Shown here one piece after another: positions 33,813-46,537 of a stretch of 64,000 bases of DNA. A program made the translations under genes and the position numbers. Source of the stretch: the human T2T-CHM13v2.0 reference genome, Homo sapiens; the NCBI RefSeq assembly GCF_009914755.1, contig NC_060926.1. One strand, 5' to 3'. Position 1 is the first letter of the stretch, and the number at the start of each line of letters is the position of its first letter. A model generated the notes under the pieces. The model was not told where the DNA came from, did not search any database, and worked only from the letters and a program-made list of their open reading frames with translations.

Positions 33813-34065
33813 GTTATAGAAGATGGACCAACTCTTTGTGAAGTGGCCCCCGTTCCCAAGAGTAAATTGCATAAATCCCACATAACAAATATTTCAAGTC
33901 AGGATCTCCCAAGTGTACCCTCCATACTTGATGAAAATCTTCCTAGCTTTTTTCCCATGATCTGGTAACAAACTGTGTCTGGCTTATAGGAGGGCTGTTA
34001 AGTACTTGTTGAATTAATAAAGAGATTATATAAATCAGCCTGAATAAAATATCTGAAGTTGAGAA

Positions 34066-34232
34066 TTCTTTTTTTCTTTATTTTATTATTATTATACTTT
34101 AAATTTTAGGGTACATGTGCACAATGTGCAGGTTTGTTACATATGTATACATGTGCCATGTTGGTGTGCTGCACCCATTAACTCGTCATTTAACATTAGG
34201 TATATCTCCTAATGCTATCCCTCCCCCCTCCC
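34066..34232 (-). mobile_element. Short L1PA4/5-like 3' end
   Basis: T-tail followed by ttagggtacatgtgcacaatgtgcagg...ctatccctcccccctcccc. Confidence 0.88.
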
Positions 34233-34913
34233 TTATCCCACCTCTAACTTTCTGCATGTGATGGCTTTTTGGCCTTCATGATAACCTATTAGTGGAATTC
34301 CACTTTTCTGATCCGTAATTCTACAACTCGTTGTAGAAGTCATTGTTGTAGTAATTTTTCTGTCTGTAGCTTGATAAATTTTAATTGTTATAGTGGAAAG
34401 AAGGTAATTCTTAACTAGAGAAGAGTGTAGTATGTCCACACCCCCAAGAGGCATTTGCAAATGTGTGTGTGAGAGGGCTTTTGGGTTGTTGAAATGATAG
34501 GAGTCAGGGTAGAGGGGTTACAATTTTCATTCAGTGCCAGGGGCCCAGGAATGTTAAATACCCTGCAGGCACAGGACTGTCCTGTACAATGAAGAGAAAC
34601 TCTGTAACCTGTTGGTAGGTGACAGTAATATTTCTTCAGTAAAATTACTTCTAAGGCCATGACTCTCTTTTGCTAGTTATATCTCTTCATGAGCATTTTG
34701 TATGAGTTTTACTTATCTCATAGGAGGGTGAAACACCCTCTGTCCTGCTCTTGCATAACATAATTTAATTCTTGCAGCAAATATTTAGTGCTGTGTAGTT
34801 TACAAAGATAGGAGACATGAGCCTACCTACAAAGAAGTTACAGTACCACCAATAAGCTGGAAATGATATAAGAGTTGTATAAACTGGAAGAACCCAGAGG
34901 GGATATTACCTGG

Positions 34914-35322
34914 TTTATCAGTTAAGGTTCAACCAGGAGACAAAACCAGTGGAGACATATATTAAGAGCTATTATTGCAAGGAAGTGCCTATGTGATTGT
35001 GGAGGCTGACCAGGCAAGTCCAAAATCTGTAGGGCAGGCCGTCAGGAAGGGTGAGCAGGAACTCTCAGGCACTTGGCTGAAGCTGTAGTCCACAAGCAGA
35101 ATTTCTTCTTCTTCAGGGAAGTTTCAGCTCTGCTCTTAAGGCCTTTTAACCGATTGAATCAGGCTCATCCACATTATCTAAAATAATCTCCCTTAAAGTC
35201 AGCTGATTATGGACTTTAATCACATCTACCAGATGCCTTCACAGCAGCACCCTGATTAGTGTTTAATTGAATAACCTGAGATGGTGGCTTAGCCCACTTG
35301 ACACACAAAAAAGAGCATCGCA
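34914..35322 (-). mobile_element. MLT2 (C/D-type) ERVL solo LTR
   Basis: ggcaagtccaaaatctgtagggcaggcc, end ttgacaca...catcgca; TSD cctgg/cttgg. Confidence 0.8.
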
Positions 35323-35682
35323 CTTGGAGATTGAATGTTTGCGCACTCTCTCCGAAACATGTGCCATTTGTTCTGACCCTTGAAAATGGGGAATTTTTAA
35401 GTGGGGCAGTTGGCATTCTAGAGGGGGTGACTATTAAAAATTAGCCAAAGGAAACAATAAAAGAAGCCAAGGCATGAAAGTATAATCGGTGTTTGCAGAA
35501 TGGCTAGTTGTTGCTATGTGGCTTTTCCCTGAACCTCAGCTCTCAATTTCCTCATCTGAGGAGTGGGTTCAGTACTTGTCATAACTGTCCTCCAGGATGG
35601 AAGAAGATGATATTTGAGGGTGCCTTTTGGAAACAGTTAAACATTGTGAATGCTAAGGGATTTTTTTTCTTTCTTTAACCAT

Positions 35683-35816
35683 CCATGTGTCCAAGGTATG
35701 GACCAGTCATGGACACAGGCCAAAAGCCAAGCCGGGATAAACAAGGTGTTGCTTTGTCTCTGGCTAATGTGAGATGGGCTCCACCAACCAGAAGCTACTC
35801 TTCCCATGTCAGAACA
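35683..35816 (-). ncRNA. SNORA48: Retroposed copy of H/ACA snoRNA SNORA48
   Basis: The minus strand reads TGTTCTGACATGGGAAGAGTAGCTTCTGGTTGGTGGAGCCCATCTCACATTAGCCAGAGACAAAGCAACACCTTG...CCTTGGACACATGG, close to SNORA48 as recalled. H box AAAGCA (35755-35750), ACA 3 nt from the end, A-rich tail (35676-35661) and degenerate TSD ctaagggatttt/ctgaggtgtttt. Confidence 0.88.
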
Positions 35817-38605
35817 CTGAGGTGTTTTATAGTCATGGTGGTGGTGGCAGTAGCATTGGTGAGAGTGTGAGGTTGGTGTGATAAAAACCGAAGGCTCGGC
35901 CGGTAACAGAGAGCCTGATTGTTGCAGACTTTGTCTAAAATTTGTGTTTTTAAGAAAAAAAAAGTGACATTCTCTTGACCTTAGTTCCTAATGGGCTAAA
36001 AGAATGAAAAACATCCCTGTATATAAGTCTGTGCCCAACTGTCACAAAGCAGCAATAGCCATTTGCTCTGGGCTAAGACAGCTCAGCCTTTTTTTTTTTT
36101 TTTTTTTTAAGGAAGTAGACCTGTTTTTGATGCTTGAGATATTAGGGGTGAAGGAGAGTCATTTATTATAAATGTGTTGAATACTTTGCCTAAATAGGGA
36201 AAGGGAGTTAAACTACATCCAAGGAAGCTGTTCCAAGTTTCTTAGGTAATGGCCATTAAGGCCAATTGACTCCGTCACCAAAGAAAGCACCAGAAAACGT
36301 GAGTCCCGTTTGACAGACTTCTTTCCTTTTCAGAACTGTGTCCTACAAACCAAACAAATCTCCCCCAATTGTTAAAGCCATATGCATTTTGAAGGAAATG
36401 TAATCCATATGTTCCTGAGTCACTTATGCCTAAGTCATTAAAAAGTTATTTTTTAAATGTGATTTCATGTTTGAAGTCATTTTAGAGTATTTTTAGTAGA
36501 CTCTCATTCTTCATAATGCTAAATTTTTCTTGGTTTGTTTTCTTGTTTTATTTAAACACACTGTATATCATCTTAACACATCCTGTGGCGAGGCACAAAG
36601 GGAATCTTGAACTCAGAAGGAGGGTCTGGTGTACTGGAATAACACATTTGAGGCAGTTTCTATTTTCAGAAGTTTACAACTGTCCCCCCCCCCTTAATTT
36701 TTTATTTTATGTCCTGGGCTGCTTTTAACCTGGTCACATCGTCATCCCAGCCCTCTCCCCCCGCATTCCTTAAATGGTTGTCCATGAAGAAGAAAAGGGA
36801 AAAGAGAAAAATGACAAAGAATAAAATCACATGGCCTCCTAGGATATACTTCTGCACTGTGCTATGTGATCCTTTCTTCCCAGAATTGAATGTATTTTCC
36901 CCTTTTACCTACTATTGTTGCTAGCTGGGAGAATTAAGGTGTTTCTTAAAGTGCCAACAAAAGAGAGAAATAAAACTGAATTGAGGAGCTGTCTCCAGCT
37001 TCTCATTTTTAGGACAAACAGAAGACGGTGTCTGCTTAGAACTGAAACTAATTGAAAAATGGTTTCATTTTTTACTAAAATAAGCTTTTTTCCCCCCTTT
37101 TTAACCTTTGTCTCATGATATGAGTCTCATGATATGGACCAAGTTTTATCTGTACATGAAGCATCCTGGTTTGTGTGTGAATTTGTCCATCGTGAACATC
37201 TGTTGGCTGCCAGAGGGCACGGAAGCAGCCTTATTTTTAGGCACTGGTAGAGGTCCATTTCTCTTCTCAGGGGCTGCTCAGGCAGCAGGTGTGTAGCATC
37301 AAACATAGCGAGAGGCACTCACCACCTGGAGGAATAAAGATGTAAGGAGTTAACAATTTTACTTTTCATCTCTGCCAGCCTGTGAAATATTTTCCAATGT
37401 ACTTTTTTTATTTGATTCTCAAAACTGCCTTGAGGACCATTGTTTTTGTTTGTTTTCATAAAGAAATTGAGGCTCAGGGATGCGACTTTCTTCAGTATTT
37501 CACAAGGCAATCTTGGCAGCTGGTGTGTGCCTCGGAGAGGAGGGATATCGTGCCCATTATGTGGGGACATTTGAGGACCTTCGTGGACTTTTACTTTTGA
37601 AAGCCCTGCCCCACATCATTTCAAGTGTATTAAAACATACGCAATCTCCTATCTGTCCCACAGATCCCGTGTATAATATATATCATCATATATGTGAGTT
37701 GAGTTATAAATAGTTGAGATGGTACATTTCGTAGACACTTAATTAAATGTTTACTACTTTTAATTTTATAGTTTCTGTTTCATTTTGGAACCAACTAATT
37801 ATTTTGAGGTCTGGAACATTTTCATGGGCCTTTAAAAAACTCACCCTCCCTGAGTGCTGTCCCTACAGTGGCTGAAGCCGCCTCTTGCTCTCATTCACTC
37901 CTGTTTCCCTCCTCACACCTGTGGCAGAACCGAGGCAGGTGCTTACTAAATGCTTGTTGGTGAATGCCCAAGTGAGTGAGAGAAGGAATAGAAGAAGTAA
38001 CAAATAAGTGAAGTACAAGTAAGTGGCAAAGTCTGGTGTCGAAGGACGTCTGAACCCTTAGCGGGCTCATTTCCTTTGCACTGTCATCACAGTGAAGCAG
38101 AACGGGCATCTTCAAGCTGTGTATCAAAGTGTGTTCCTCCCCATTTCTCATTGTTTTGTTCCAAGCCAGTTTTCTTCTCTGTTACAGCTAAGGCATGAGA
38201 AAGAATAGACTACCAGCTTATTTGACTTTTGATAAGTTCATGAAGCAGCAATAGCCACTTTCAGGTCATAATCCATTCTTTTCTCTCTGTTTAGTTGCTA
38301 TAGTTTATTTTTTTGCCTTGCAAATATGGGATAAATGTGGCTACTAACATTCAAATATTCAGACAAGTTTCTTGACAAAATCAGAGAGGTGTTTTTTGCC
38401 TGTTGTTTCTTTTGGTTTGTTTTCTTTAGAATACTGGACATTTGCTCTAAGTTATCTGTCATGTAATTTGTGTGTTTTGTTGAGATATGATTTTTTTTTT
38501 AATCCAAAGGTGGATCTTTGTGGCCTTTCTTCAAAGCTCTAGAATTTGGTGGCAAGGAACTTATTGAACATGATAGAAAACTAGAGAGAAAGCAAAAGCC
38601 CACTT

Positions 38606-39029
38606 TTTTTTTTTTTTAATTTTACTTTCAGTTCTTGGATACATGTGCAGAACATGTAGGTTTGTTACATAGGTCACATGTGCCACGGTGGTTTGCTGCA
38701 CCTGTCAGCCCGTCATCTATGTTTTAAGCCCCACGTGCATTAGGTCTTTGTCCTAATGCTTTCCATCCCCTTGCCCCCTAACTCCCAACAGGCCTTGGTG
38801 TGTGCTGTTCCACTCCCTGTATCCATGTGTTCTCATTGTTCAACTCCCACTTACGAGTGAGAACATGCGGTGTTTGGTTTTCTGTTCCTGTGTTAGTTTG
38901 CTGAGAATGATGGCTTCCAGCTTCATCCATGTCCCTGCAAAGGACATGATCTCATTCTTTTGTATGGCTGCATAGTATTCCATGGTGTATATGTGCCACA
39001 TTTTCTTTATCCAGTCAATCATTGATGGA
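38606..39029 (-). mobile_element. L1PA8-like 3' end
   Basis: TSD aaaagcccactt (38594-38605 and 39030-39041); ORF2 C-terminus is ORF 38840-39022. Confidence 0.9.
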
Positions 39030-40922
39030 AAAAGCCCACTTCTTAAGAAAGAAACACAAAGGTGCTAAATGAGAGGAGGGAAGAGAGAGACAGGGATTAC
39101 CTAAAGAGCAGAGCCATCCTCCTCTTTCTCAGCCCTGCTATGCCCCCTGGAAAAAGGGGTCTGCCCATATGAGTGGGCCTGGGAAGGCTGCTCCACCCAG
39201 TTCATCTGGACTCCCAGGGTCACTAGATGGCACCAGGGCAGACGTGGGCCACACTCAAAACCCTGCAGTGCTGCTTCATGGACGGAGCTTCTGGGTCAAG
39301 GCAGGAGCTGGAAATGGTGGAACTTGCCCTCCATCTATGAAATTTTTTGAGTCAGTCATTCAGCAAATAATGACTAGACACCTATGATAGTGACACAACA
39401 GTGAACGGCACAGACTGGTCTCTCGAGTCCAGGGGCTCTCTGCTCACACTCGGCCAAGCTCTTGCTGTTTAAGGGTGCCTTTCATGAAGTCTATTTGAAA
39501 TGTTTTGGTTTCTGTCAGTTTTTGGTTGGGTTATAGGTAAGTACACAAGTTACCACATGTATTTAGAAGGCCCAATCCCTCCATTTATCAACTAAAGTTA
39601 AAGAAAGGAAGGAAGCCTGTAGCAAAAAAAAAAAAAAAAACAAAAAACCATGCAGGTTCCCCCACTGCTATATGATTTTCTATATTTATGTTTTAATTTC
39701 TTGGTAGGCCTGGACTTCAAAGTAGAGATTCAGAGCCCTACCTGAGTTTGGGTTGTGCCCTGTGGCTGCCATCCTTCCTCACAGAAGTTCCTCCCTGGAC
39801 TTCAGCCTCGGGGTTCTTGTTCACTTTCAGTATTTCCTTTTTGCAGTGTGTATGTGTGTGTACGGAACTATATAGTGTTGATTGTCCTTAAATGATCTTC
39901 TTCCAAACTCATCCAAACCATTTAATTTGTAGCAGGAATCCCAAAGTATATCCTTCCCAGAGAAAGAATGAGATTTGCCTGGCATCAAGTTAAGGAAATC
40001 ATTACTCAAAAAAATTGTTTAAGACATTTTCCTGTGCTAGAGATGCTGGTGACCAAGAAGTGGGTGCCTGGGGGAGATGTCTGGGCTCATTATCTGGGAA
40101 AGTTGGGAAGTGAGTGTTTGCCTGTTCCTTTTTCCACTCTGTTTCCTCATTGGCTTTGCCATTTACCCAACTGCCCCCATTCTAAGATTGGTGTTTACTG
40201 ATCAAGAGCAAAGCTCTACTGCCTTAGGAGTAGTTCATAAAATGATTCCTAGATGTAATATTCACTCTCTTCCCTGCCTAGTCCCCTTAGCAAGGACCTC
40301 TCTAACATTTTATGTTTGAATTGTTTTCTTCCAGAGACAAAGGTAAGTTAGATCAAGAGTAAACAGATGGAGATGTTCATTCTTGGAAGCAGCAAGCATT
40401 TTGTTATCATTGTTATTGTCTGAGCAAGTGAAAACCAGATGAGAAGAGCCTTGACCTGCCTCCTTCACTAGCAGAAGTGAAGTAGGTCGTATCTTTCTTG
40501 CAGCATTCCTGTGAGCGTTAGAACAACTCCGGAGCCCATGAGTAAGGCTACTGTGTGTTAGAATTGTGATTCTGCCTGTTCATCCTCCTGGCTGCCCACC
40601 CCTGAGAATCTCCTTTTCGTTCGCATGGGCTCTTTGATAGCAGAGTGGCTGCCTCTCTGCAATGAGCTTGAGGGTTTTGTGGGTAAGAGGCCCAGTGCCC
40701 CTCACCGCCTTTCCACATGCTTGCCTCCTTACCCAGTTTGTCAGGCTTTGACAGATGGCCGGCGTTTGTCTCACCTGCGATTCCTTTTTGCACAGCACTC
40801 GGTGTAACACTTCAAAGAAATAATTAGCATTCTGAGTCTTCTCTGCCCTGTGCATAGAATGTGGGAAGGTTCCGCTGAAGAGGGACTTGAGCCCAGAGTG
40901 TTGTATGGGTGTTGCCCTTTTT

Positions 40923-41231
40923 TTATTTTATTTTATTTTATTTTATTTTTGAGACAGAGTCTCGCTCTGTCGCCCAGGCTGGAGTGCAGTGGTGTGATCT
41001 CGGCTCATTGCAAGCTCCACCCCCTGGGTTCACGCCATTCTTCTGCCTCAGCCTCCTGAGTAGCTGGAATTACAGGCGCCCACCACTGGGCCTGGCTAAT
41101 TTTTTGTATTTTTAGTAGAGACGGGGTTTCACCGTGTTAGCCAGGATGGTTTCGATCTCCTGACCTCATGATCCACAGGTCTTGGCCTCCCAAAGTGCTG
41201 GGATTACAGGCGTGAGCCACCGTGCCCGGCC
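40923..41231 (-). mobile_element. AluY with (TAAAA)n tail
   Basis: gcaagctcc and cacgccattc diagnostics; TSD tgggtgttgc(c/t)cttttt. Confidence 0.93.
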
Positions 41232-41455
41232 TGGGTGTTGCTCTTTTTAGTCCTGACTGTCAAGGTATTAACTTCTTTAGAGTCACTTTTTCGTTGAACA
41301 AGGATGTACAAAAGAGACATCTAGTTATTACATTCTTCTGGTTTGGTTCTAAAATAAATGGGAAGGTACCTGTGGAAGTGATTTGTATAGATTTCCAGGC
41401 ACCAGGATCCTCTTTAGTGTCCCGCACCCAAGAGCAGGGTGGATACTCCCTGCAG

Positions 41456-41506
41456 GCTGAGAGTCGTGAACTGTACAGTGCTGAGAGTCGTGAACCATAC
41501 AGTGCT
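41456..41506. repeat. 24-bp tandem duplication
   Basis: gctgagagtcgtgaactgtacagt / gctgagagtcgtgaaccatacagt / gct. Confidence 0.9.
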
Positions 41507-41939
41507 CACGGTGTCATCGTATAATTGGAGATCACTCTTTTCAGGTACCTCGCCAGTGCGTGGCTCAGGGACATCCTGGAGATCTTGGTGCTCCCATTAC
41601 CATTTTCAGGCCATGTATCTCTTCCAGGCTGTGCTCCTGTGGCACAGATGAGGCCTAGTTCCACTGCTCTGATGGCCACACGTGAATCAGCAGCAGTGAC
41701 TCCTTGGTACGTGGAGAGAACTGGGACTCTTAGTGGGTAGCAAGGAAATTATGTTTTTAAAACCACCAGCTCCTCCTTCCATTTAGTTGGCAGTTCCATT
41801 TCTAATATAAAATCTTTCAGATCTGAGCTCTCCTAGGGCCTCCCAAGATTTAATATGGTGCCCCAGAATGATAAATGAGAATAAAGAGAAACTCTTCATA
41901 ACAGGACCATGTAGAAAAGGTGGAATCGATGCCCCTGAG

Positions 41940-42083
41940 GTAATTAACTTGATTGTGGTACTCATTTCACTACACACACAAACACACACACACACATCTA
42001 TAAATACATATATAAAATCATCACGTTGTACACCTTAAACTTATACAATTTTATTTGTCAATTAGACCTCAATAAAGCTGGAG
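41940..42083 (+). mobile_element. L1MA/MB extreme 3' end containing (CA)n
   Basis: cttgattgtggt...tgtacaccttaaacttatacaattttatttgtcaatt...aataaagctgg. Confidence 0.75.
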
Positions 42084-45000
42084 GTGAGGGAGGCCCGAAC
42101 TCAATGACAGTTTGCTTTCCTCAGAATGGCCATGGGGTGAGGGAGGGCCCCACTCCTAGAGGGAGCAACTTCTTGATTTTCCTCATTCTTATTTCCCCCT
42201 CGGGCCACCCAGAAGCCAGGCCAGTCCTACTCAGATGATAGAAAACCTTATTAGCCCTCCTAATGAAATGGGCAGTTTGGTACAGAAGAGGGGAATCTGC
42301 TTGGATTTAAAGATGGCGTCAAACTATTGTCCAATGCAGGGAAATACATTTATTTCTACATGCAGAAGGAACTCATTAAAATCTGTTAGGCTTGGAATTT
42401 TCGACAATGATTTGTACATAAACTCCTTAAGTATTGCCTTGTGTACTGACATATTAAAAGTTATGATGATGCTTAGGAACTACAGATTATTTAGAAAATG
42501 TTTGAAAAGAGATAATACACAAAAGCAAGATTTCATTGTCACCAATAGATAGCAGGCAAGATTACCTTGTCCCTCTGAGGGTTCTGATTGAGTGCATTTG
42601 GCTGCAGGAGTAATGTAAGTGGCCCCAGGGTTGTTGTGTTCTGTATCTAGATCTGGGGAACAGTCACACTCATGGTTCCAGTTGAAAATAGGTCTCCTGC
42701 CCCCATTAGCATAGCAGGGCCTGTCTGGTCACAAGTCCTGGCTGTTTGGTTTGGAGACTATGTGCAGTATGGATTGGAGCAGAGGTACAAAGCCCCAAGT
42801 TTTTGGTACTAGGGACACTTGGAAGGTGTGAGAGCACAGCCTGCTCTTCCCTCAAGGCCAGCCCAAACTTAGCAGCCAAGCAGGGCTTCTGGGGCAGTCC
42901 AGGTGTGGAGCTCTTGTCCATTGTCACTTAAGTCCTCTGTCACCTTGTCTGTGTCCTCTGGTCATACTAGATCTTGGATATGCCCACCCCCCTGGAGACA
43001 CCACTAGACAAAGAGAAATGAGGATGTCTAGTCAGTGACTTCCCAAGTCCAAGTCGAGACGTCTGCTTCAGCTGCTTTGACATGCAGCAACATCAAAGGA
43101 GCAGTACCCCAATATAGTAACAATTTGTTGTAAATTATCAAAATGTGTGAGCTTTACCCACGCCTCCTTACCTGGAAACCCTCCCCTGCCTTTTCCTCTT
43201 CTTTGACTATCCCATCTTCACTGTGTAGGAGACTCACCACCGTATACTGATGAAGAATGCACACAGTTCCGTGTGGTGCTGCTGCTACCTTAAGCTCATC
43301 TAGAACACTTAGAGGAAGAGAAGAGACCCCAGTCCAACTTCACACATCAGGCTATTGTCTCATTTTGAGAGGAGGAGAGAAGGGAGGGTTAGGAGTACCT
43401 TAACGGGGCCTGGGTGTGGCTTCTAAGTGCTGCAGGCACAAGGTACTATGACTTGGGCCTATCGGGTAGGTGTCTGGAGTGAGGCCTCTTGGCCCTGGGT
43501 CACAAGGGCAGTGATAAATTTCAGTGACCACAATACTGCTCTGATATTTTTCCCCACTTGGTGGCATTTTATATATAAAACTGAGGCTTCATTTATTTTG
43601 ACCCCCTCCTCCCATTGAAAGAGCCATTATCTATTTCTTAGAGGCCCCAAACAAACAGGGTGGATGGCAGAGGCCTCTTGTCTGGCACAAGACTCGGGTT
43701 CCTGGTTTACCCTTCAGGCTGGGATAAGGCTGGCCTCACAAGTGAGACTCAGAAACAAGCCACTGCTCTCATGAATGCCTGTCTTCATGGAAAAAGGGAT
43801 CTTTTTGGTCATTTGTTTCTGTGCCTTTGTTCTGGAAATGAGGAACTTGAGGCCCAGAGAAGTCAAGGAGCATCATTGGATGTCTCGCGTCTCTGGTTTC
43901 CCAGTTCAGTTTGTGTCTCCCCTTCGGCAAGCTCCCCCTCCCTTTAGTTTTGCATTTAACACAGTCTTGCCTTCATGACTGCCGCCTCCTTTTTTTCTGT
44001 AAACACGAATATGAAGTGTATTTGCTTTGCTTTTCAGCCTTGTCTGCCCCACTGAGTGTCCGAAATAGCCGGCTGGAATTCATGAGAATGTTACGTCTTC
44101 AGATGTTTATAATCCAAAAGAATCCCTTATGGTTTTTAATAATAAAACAACTTAGATGTCGGTATTTTGTGTTGGAAAGGCGAGCAAAGTTCACAATGCA
44201 GCAATTACAATGCAGTGCATTATGTATAATTTGTAGCCTGCCCCAGGAGCAATGGTGAACCGTGAAACACCATCCTGGCCCTGTAGCATAATTAGCAGGA
44301 TCAAACGCTGCACAGGGAGAAGCATAATAGTTGTCATCCGAGGTAAATAAAAGTAAGGAAAAGTTCTGATACACCCCAAATTATATAAAGAGCAGCCCCT
44401 ATATCAGGCTGCAAATATGTCAAGAGTCTTCATTGCTAATTGAAGAAATCTTTTGAGGTTTAGCAGCTCATAAATTCACACTGGGAATTGGCCTATTGTT
44501 CTAAGTCTTGTCTTTGGAATGTAACAGTTGTACTTTTATATTGAGTTCCTCCAATAGTACCATTGTAAACATGAAGAGTTTGCATTTTAACGTAAATTTG
44601 AACAATGTGGTTTTAAAAGAGTTCACCACATCAAAAAGAGGCTGTTTGGGCATGTTTTATGCATTCTTTTCTCTATAGTATTTAAAGCTATAAATGACTC
44701 ATAGAAGTATGTTCCATTTAGATCTGTCATGTTGGTGTAGTGTCCTCACTGGAGCTTGTACTGCCCTTATTTTTTTCTACTGTGAGATAATTATCTGAAA
44801 ACAGGTCTAGGCCTTTTGCCAAGTCACTTGCCCTTAATCTGTCTTCAGATCCATAGAAACAATTCTAGAACGCTGTTACACTTGGACTAAACAGCAACAC
44901 ATTTTGTGCCTTTTCATGATCATCTTTTTTTTAAAATTCAAATATTCAATTTGTACTCTTTTTTCTCCATGTACCAATTACAACCCTTCCTATAGCCTGC

Positions 45001-45637
45001 TAGCCCCCCATTAAAAATCTCTAATTTTTTGCCAAGCCACTAGTTGGAGTAGAGAAAGGTTGGATGGTAAAGGGAAACATGTGTGTACTGGTGTCCAAAG
45101 CAAACTGGCGGAATATGAAGAGTGCTGGGCTTGGATCTGACCCCTGGACATATGGACCATACCGTTTTCTGGTGTGAGACCTCAAGAAACTGCCCACCTA
45201 CGTCGAGCCTCAGTCTTTACATCTGTATAATGAAGGCAATATTTAGCACTCTACACCTCCTTCCATTCCTGCATTTGTTCATTTATTTGTTCATCCCCAG
45301 GCATAGAATGTGGACATAAACCCTCACTGTCCTTGCCCCCATGGAGCTCACAACGCAGTGAGAATGCACGCTGTCAAAATGATTAGATTCACGAGTAATC
45401 ACTAACCATGGCATCATGTGCTGTGAAGGGAGGGGATCCTGTGAGAGCTTCAGGCAAAGGACCCTCACTGGGGGTGATCAGAGGACACAGTCACTTCCCT
45501 GGAGAAGTTGTGTTTGAGCCAAGAGCTAGAGGACATGAAGCAAGGAGAGATGTTTGTTTTTGAAAAGCTCTCCCAGCTACTGTGTGGAGAATGGCTGGTA
45601 GGAAGACAGGAGCGAGTGTGGGGAAATGGTTTAGGGT

Positions 45638-46537
45638 TGTGTTAGAGTTCTTCAGAGGGACAGAAACCAATAGGATGTAGGTATGTATAAAAAAGAGTTT
45701 ATTATGGAGAATCAGCTAAGTGATTACAAGCAAAGTCCTATGATAGGCCATCTGCGGGCTGGGGAAAGAAAGAAGCTATTCGTGTGGCTCATTCCCAGTC
45801 CAAAAGCCTCAAAACAAAGGAAACCTGCAGCGCAGCCGTCAGTCTGAGGCCCAAGGCCCAAGAGCCCCCAAGAGGCCACTGCTGAAAGTCCCAGTGTCCA
45901 AGAGCTGAAGAAACTGCAGTCTCATTGTTGTAGGACTTTCTCCTCAGTTCAGCTAAAAACTAGGTTCTTGTCACACAACCAGGAAAGATAAGGCTTATGG
46001 ACACATAGAAGGGTGAGAAAAGCAGAATTTATTGGGTGAAAAAAGGAAAAAACTCAGCAAAGCAAGATGGTTCCTGTTAACAGGCCCCCATCTCACCAAT
46101 TGAATCCCAGGTCACCACCCAGGAACAGGAGGGGCCAGGCTCCTCCCCCCTGCAAATGGCTGGAACTTCCCGAGACCCCACCCCATCCTCCCATTGCACA
46201 GGTCAGTTGGAGATTCTCTAGGAGCCCGTTTTACTTGGCTGGCTCATCATATTCAAAGGCAGGAGGAGAGGAAGCAAGCATCCCGCACAGGAGGAGAGAG
46301 GAAGAGCAAGAAGACTCAGCAGGCTGGGTACCCTTCTACCGTCTGCCCTGTTCTAGCCATACTGGCAATCCACTGGATGGTGCCCACCCACATTGGGGCG
46401 CATCTTCCTCTCTCAGTCGCCTGACTTGAATGTCGGTCAGTCTCTGGCAACTTTCAGAAACACCCAGGAGCACTGCTTCACCAGCCATCTAGTCATCCCT
46501 CAAGCCAGTCTAGTTCACACCTACATTAACCATCACA
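45638..46537 (-). mobile_element. MLT2A-type ERVL LTR inside an L2, interrupted by MER61
   Basis: Start tgtgttagagttcttcagagggacagaa, end attaaccatcaca; L2-like sequence on both sides (~45270-45637 and 46538-46790). Confidence 0.82.
45926..46246 (-). mobile_element. MER61-like ERV1 solo LTR
   Basis: TG...CA ends, 4-bp TSD TCAT, tgttgtaggactttctcctcagttcagcta. Confidence 0.8.

Noticed and set aside
36315-36392. Other strong-looking acceptors (36333; also 1717, 19930, 59375)
   Set aside because: The 36333 frame closes within ~20 codons; none has a convincing donor or polyA partner that I could see. Expected background in a long intron.
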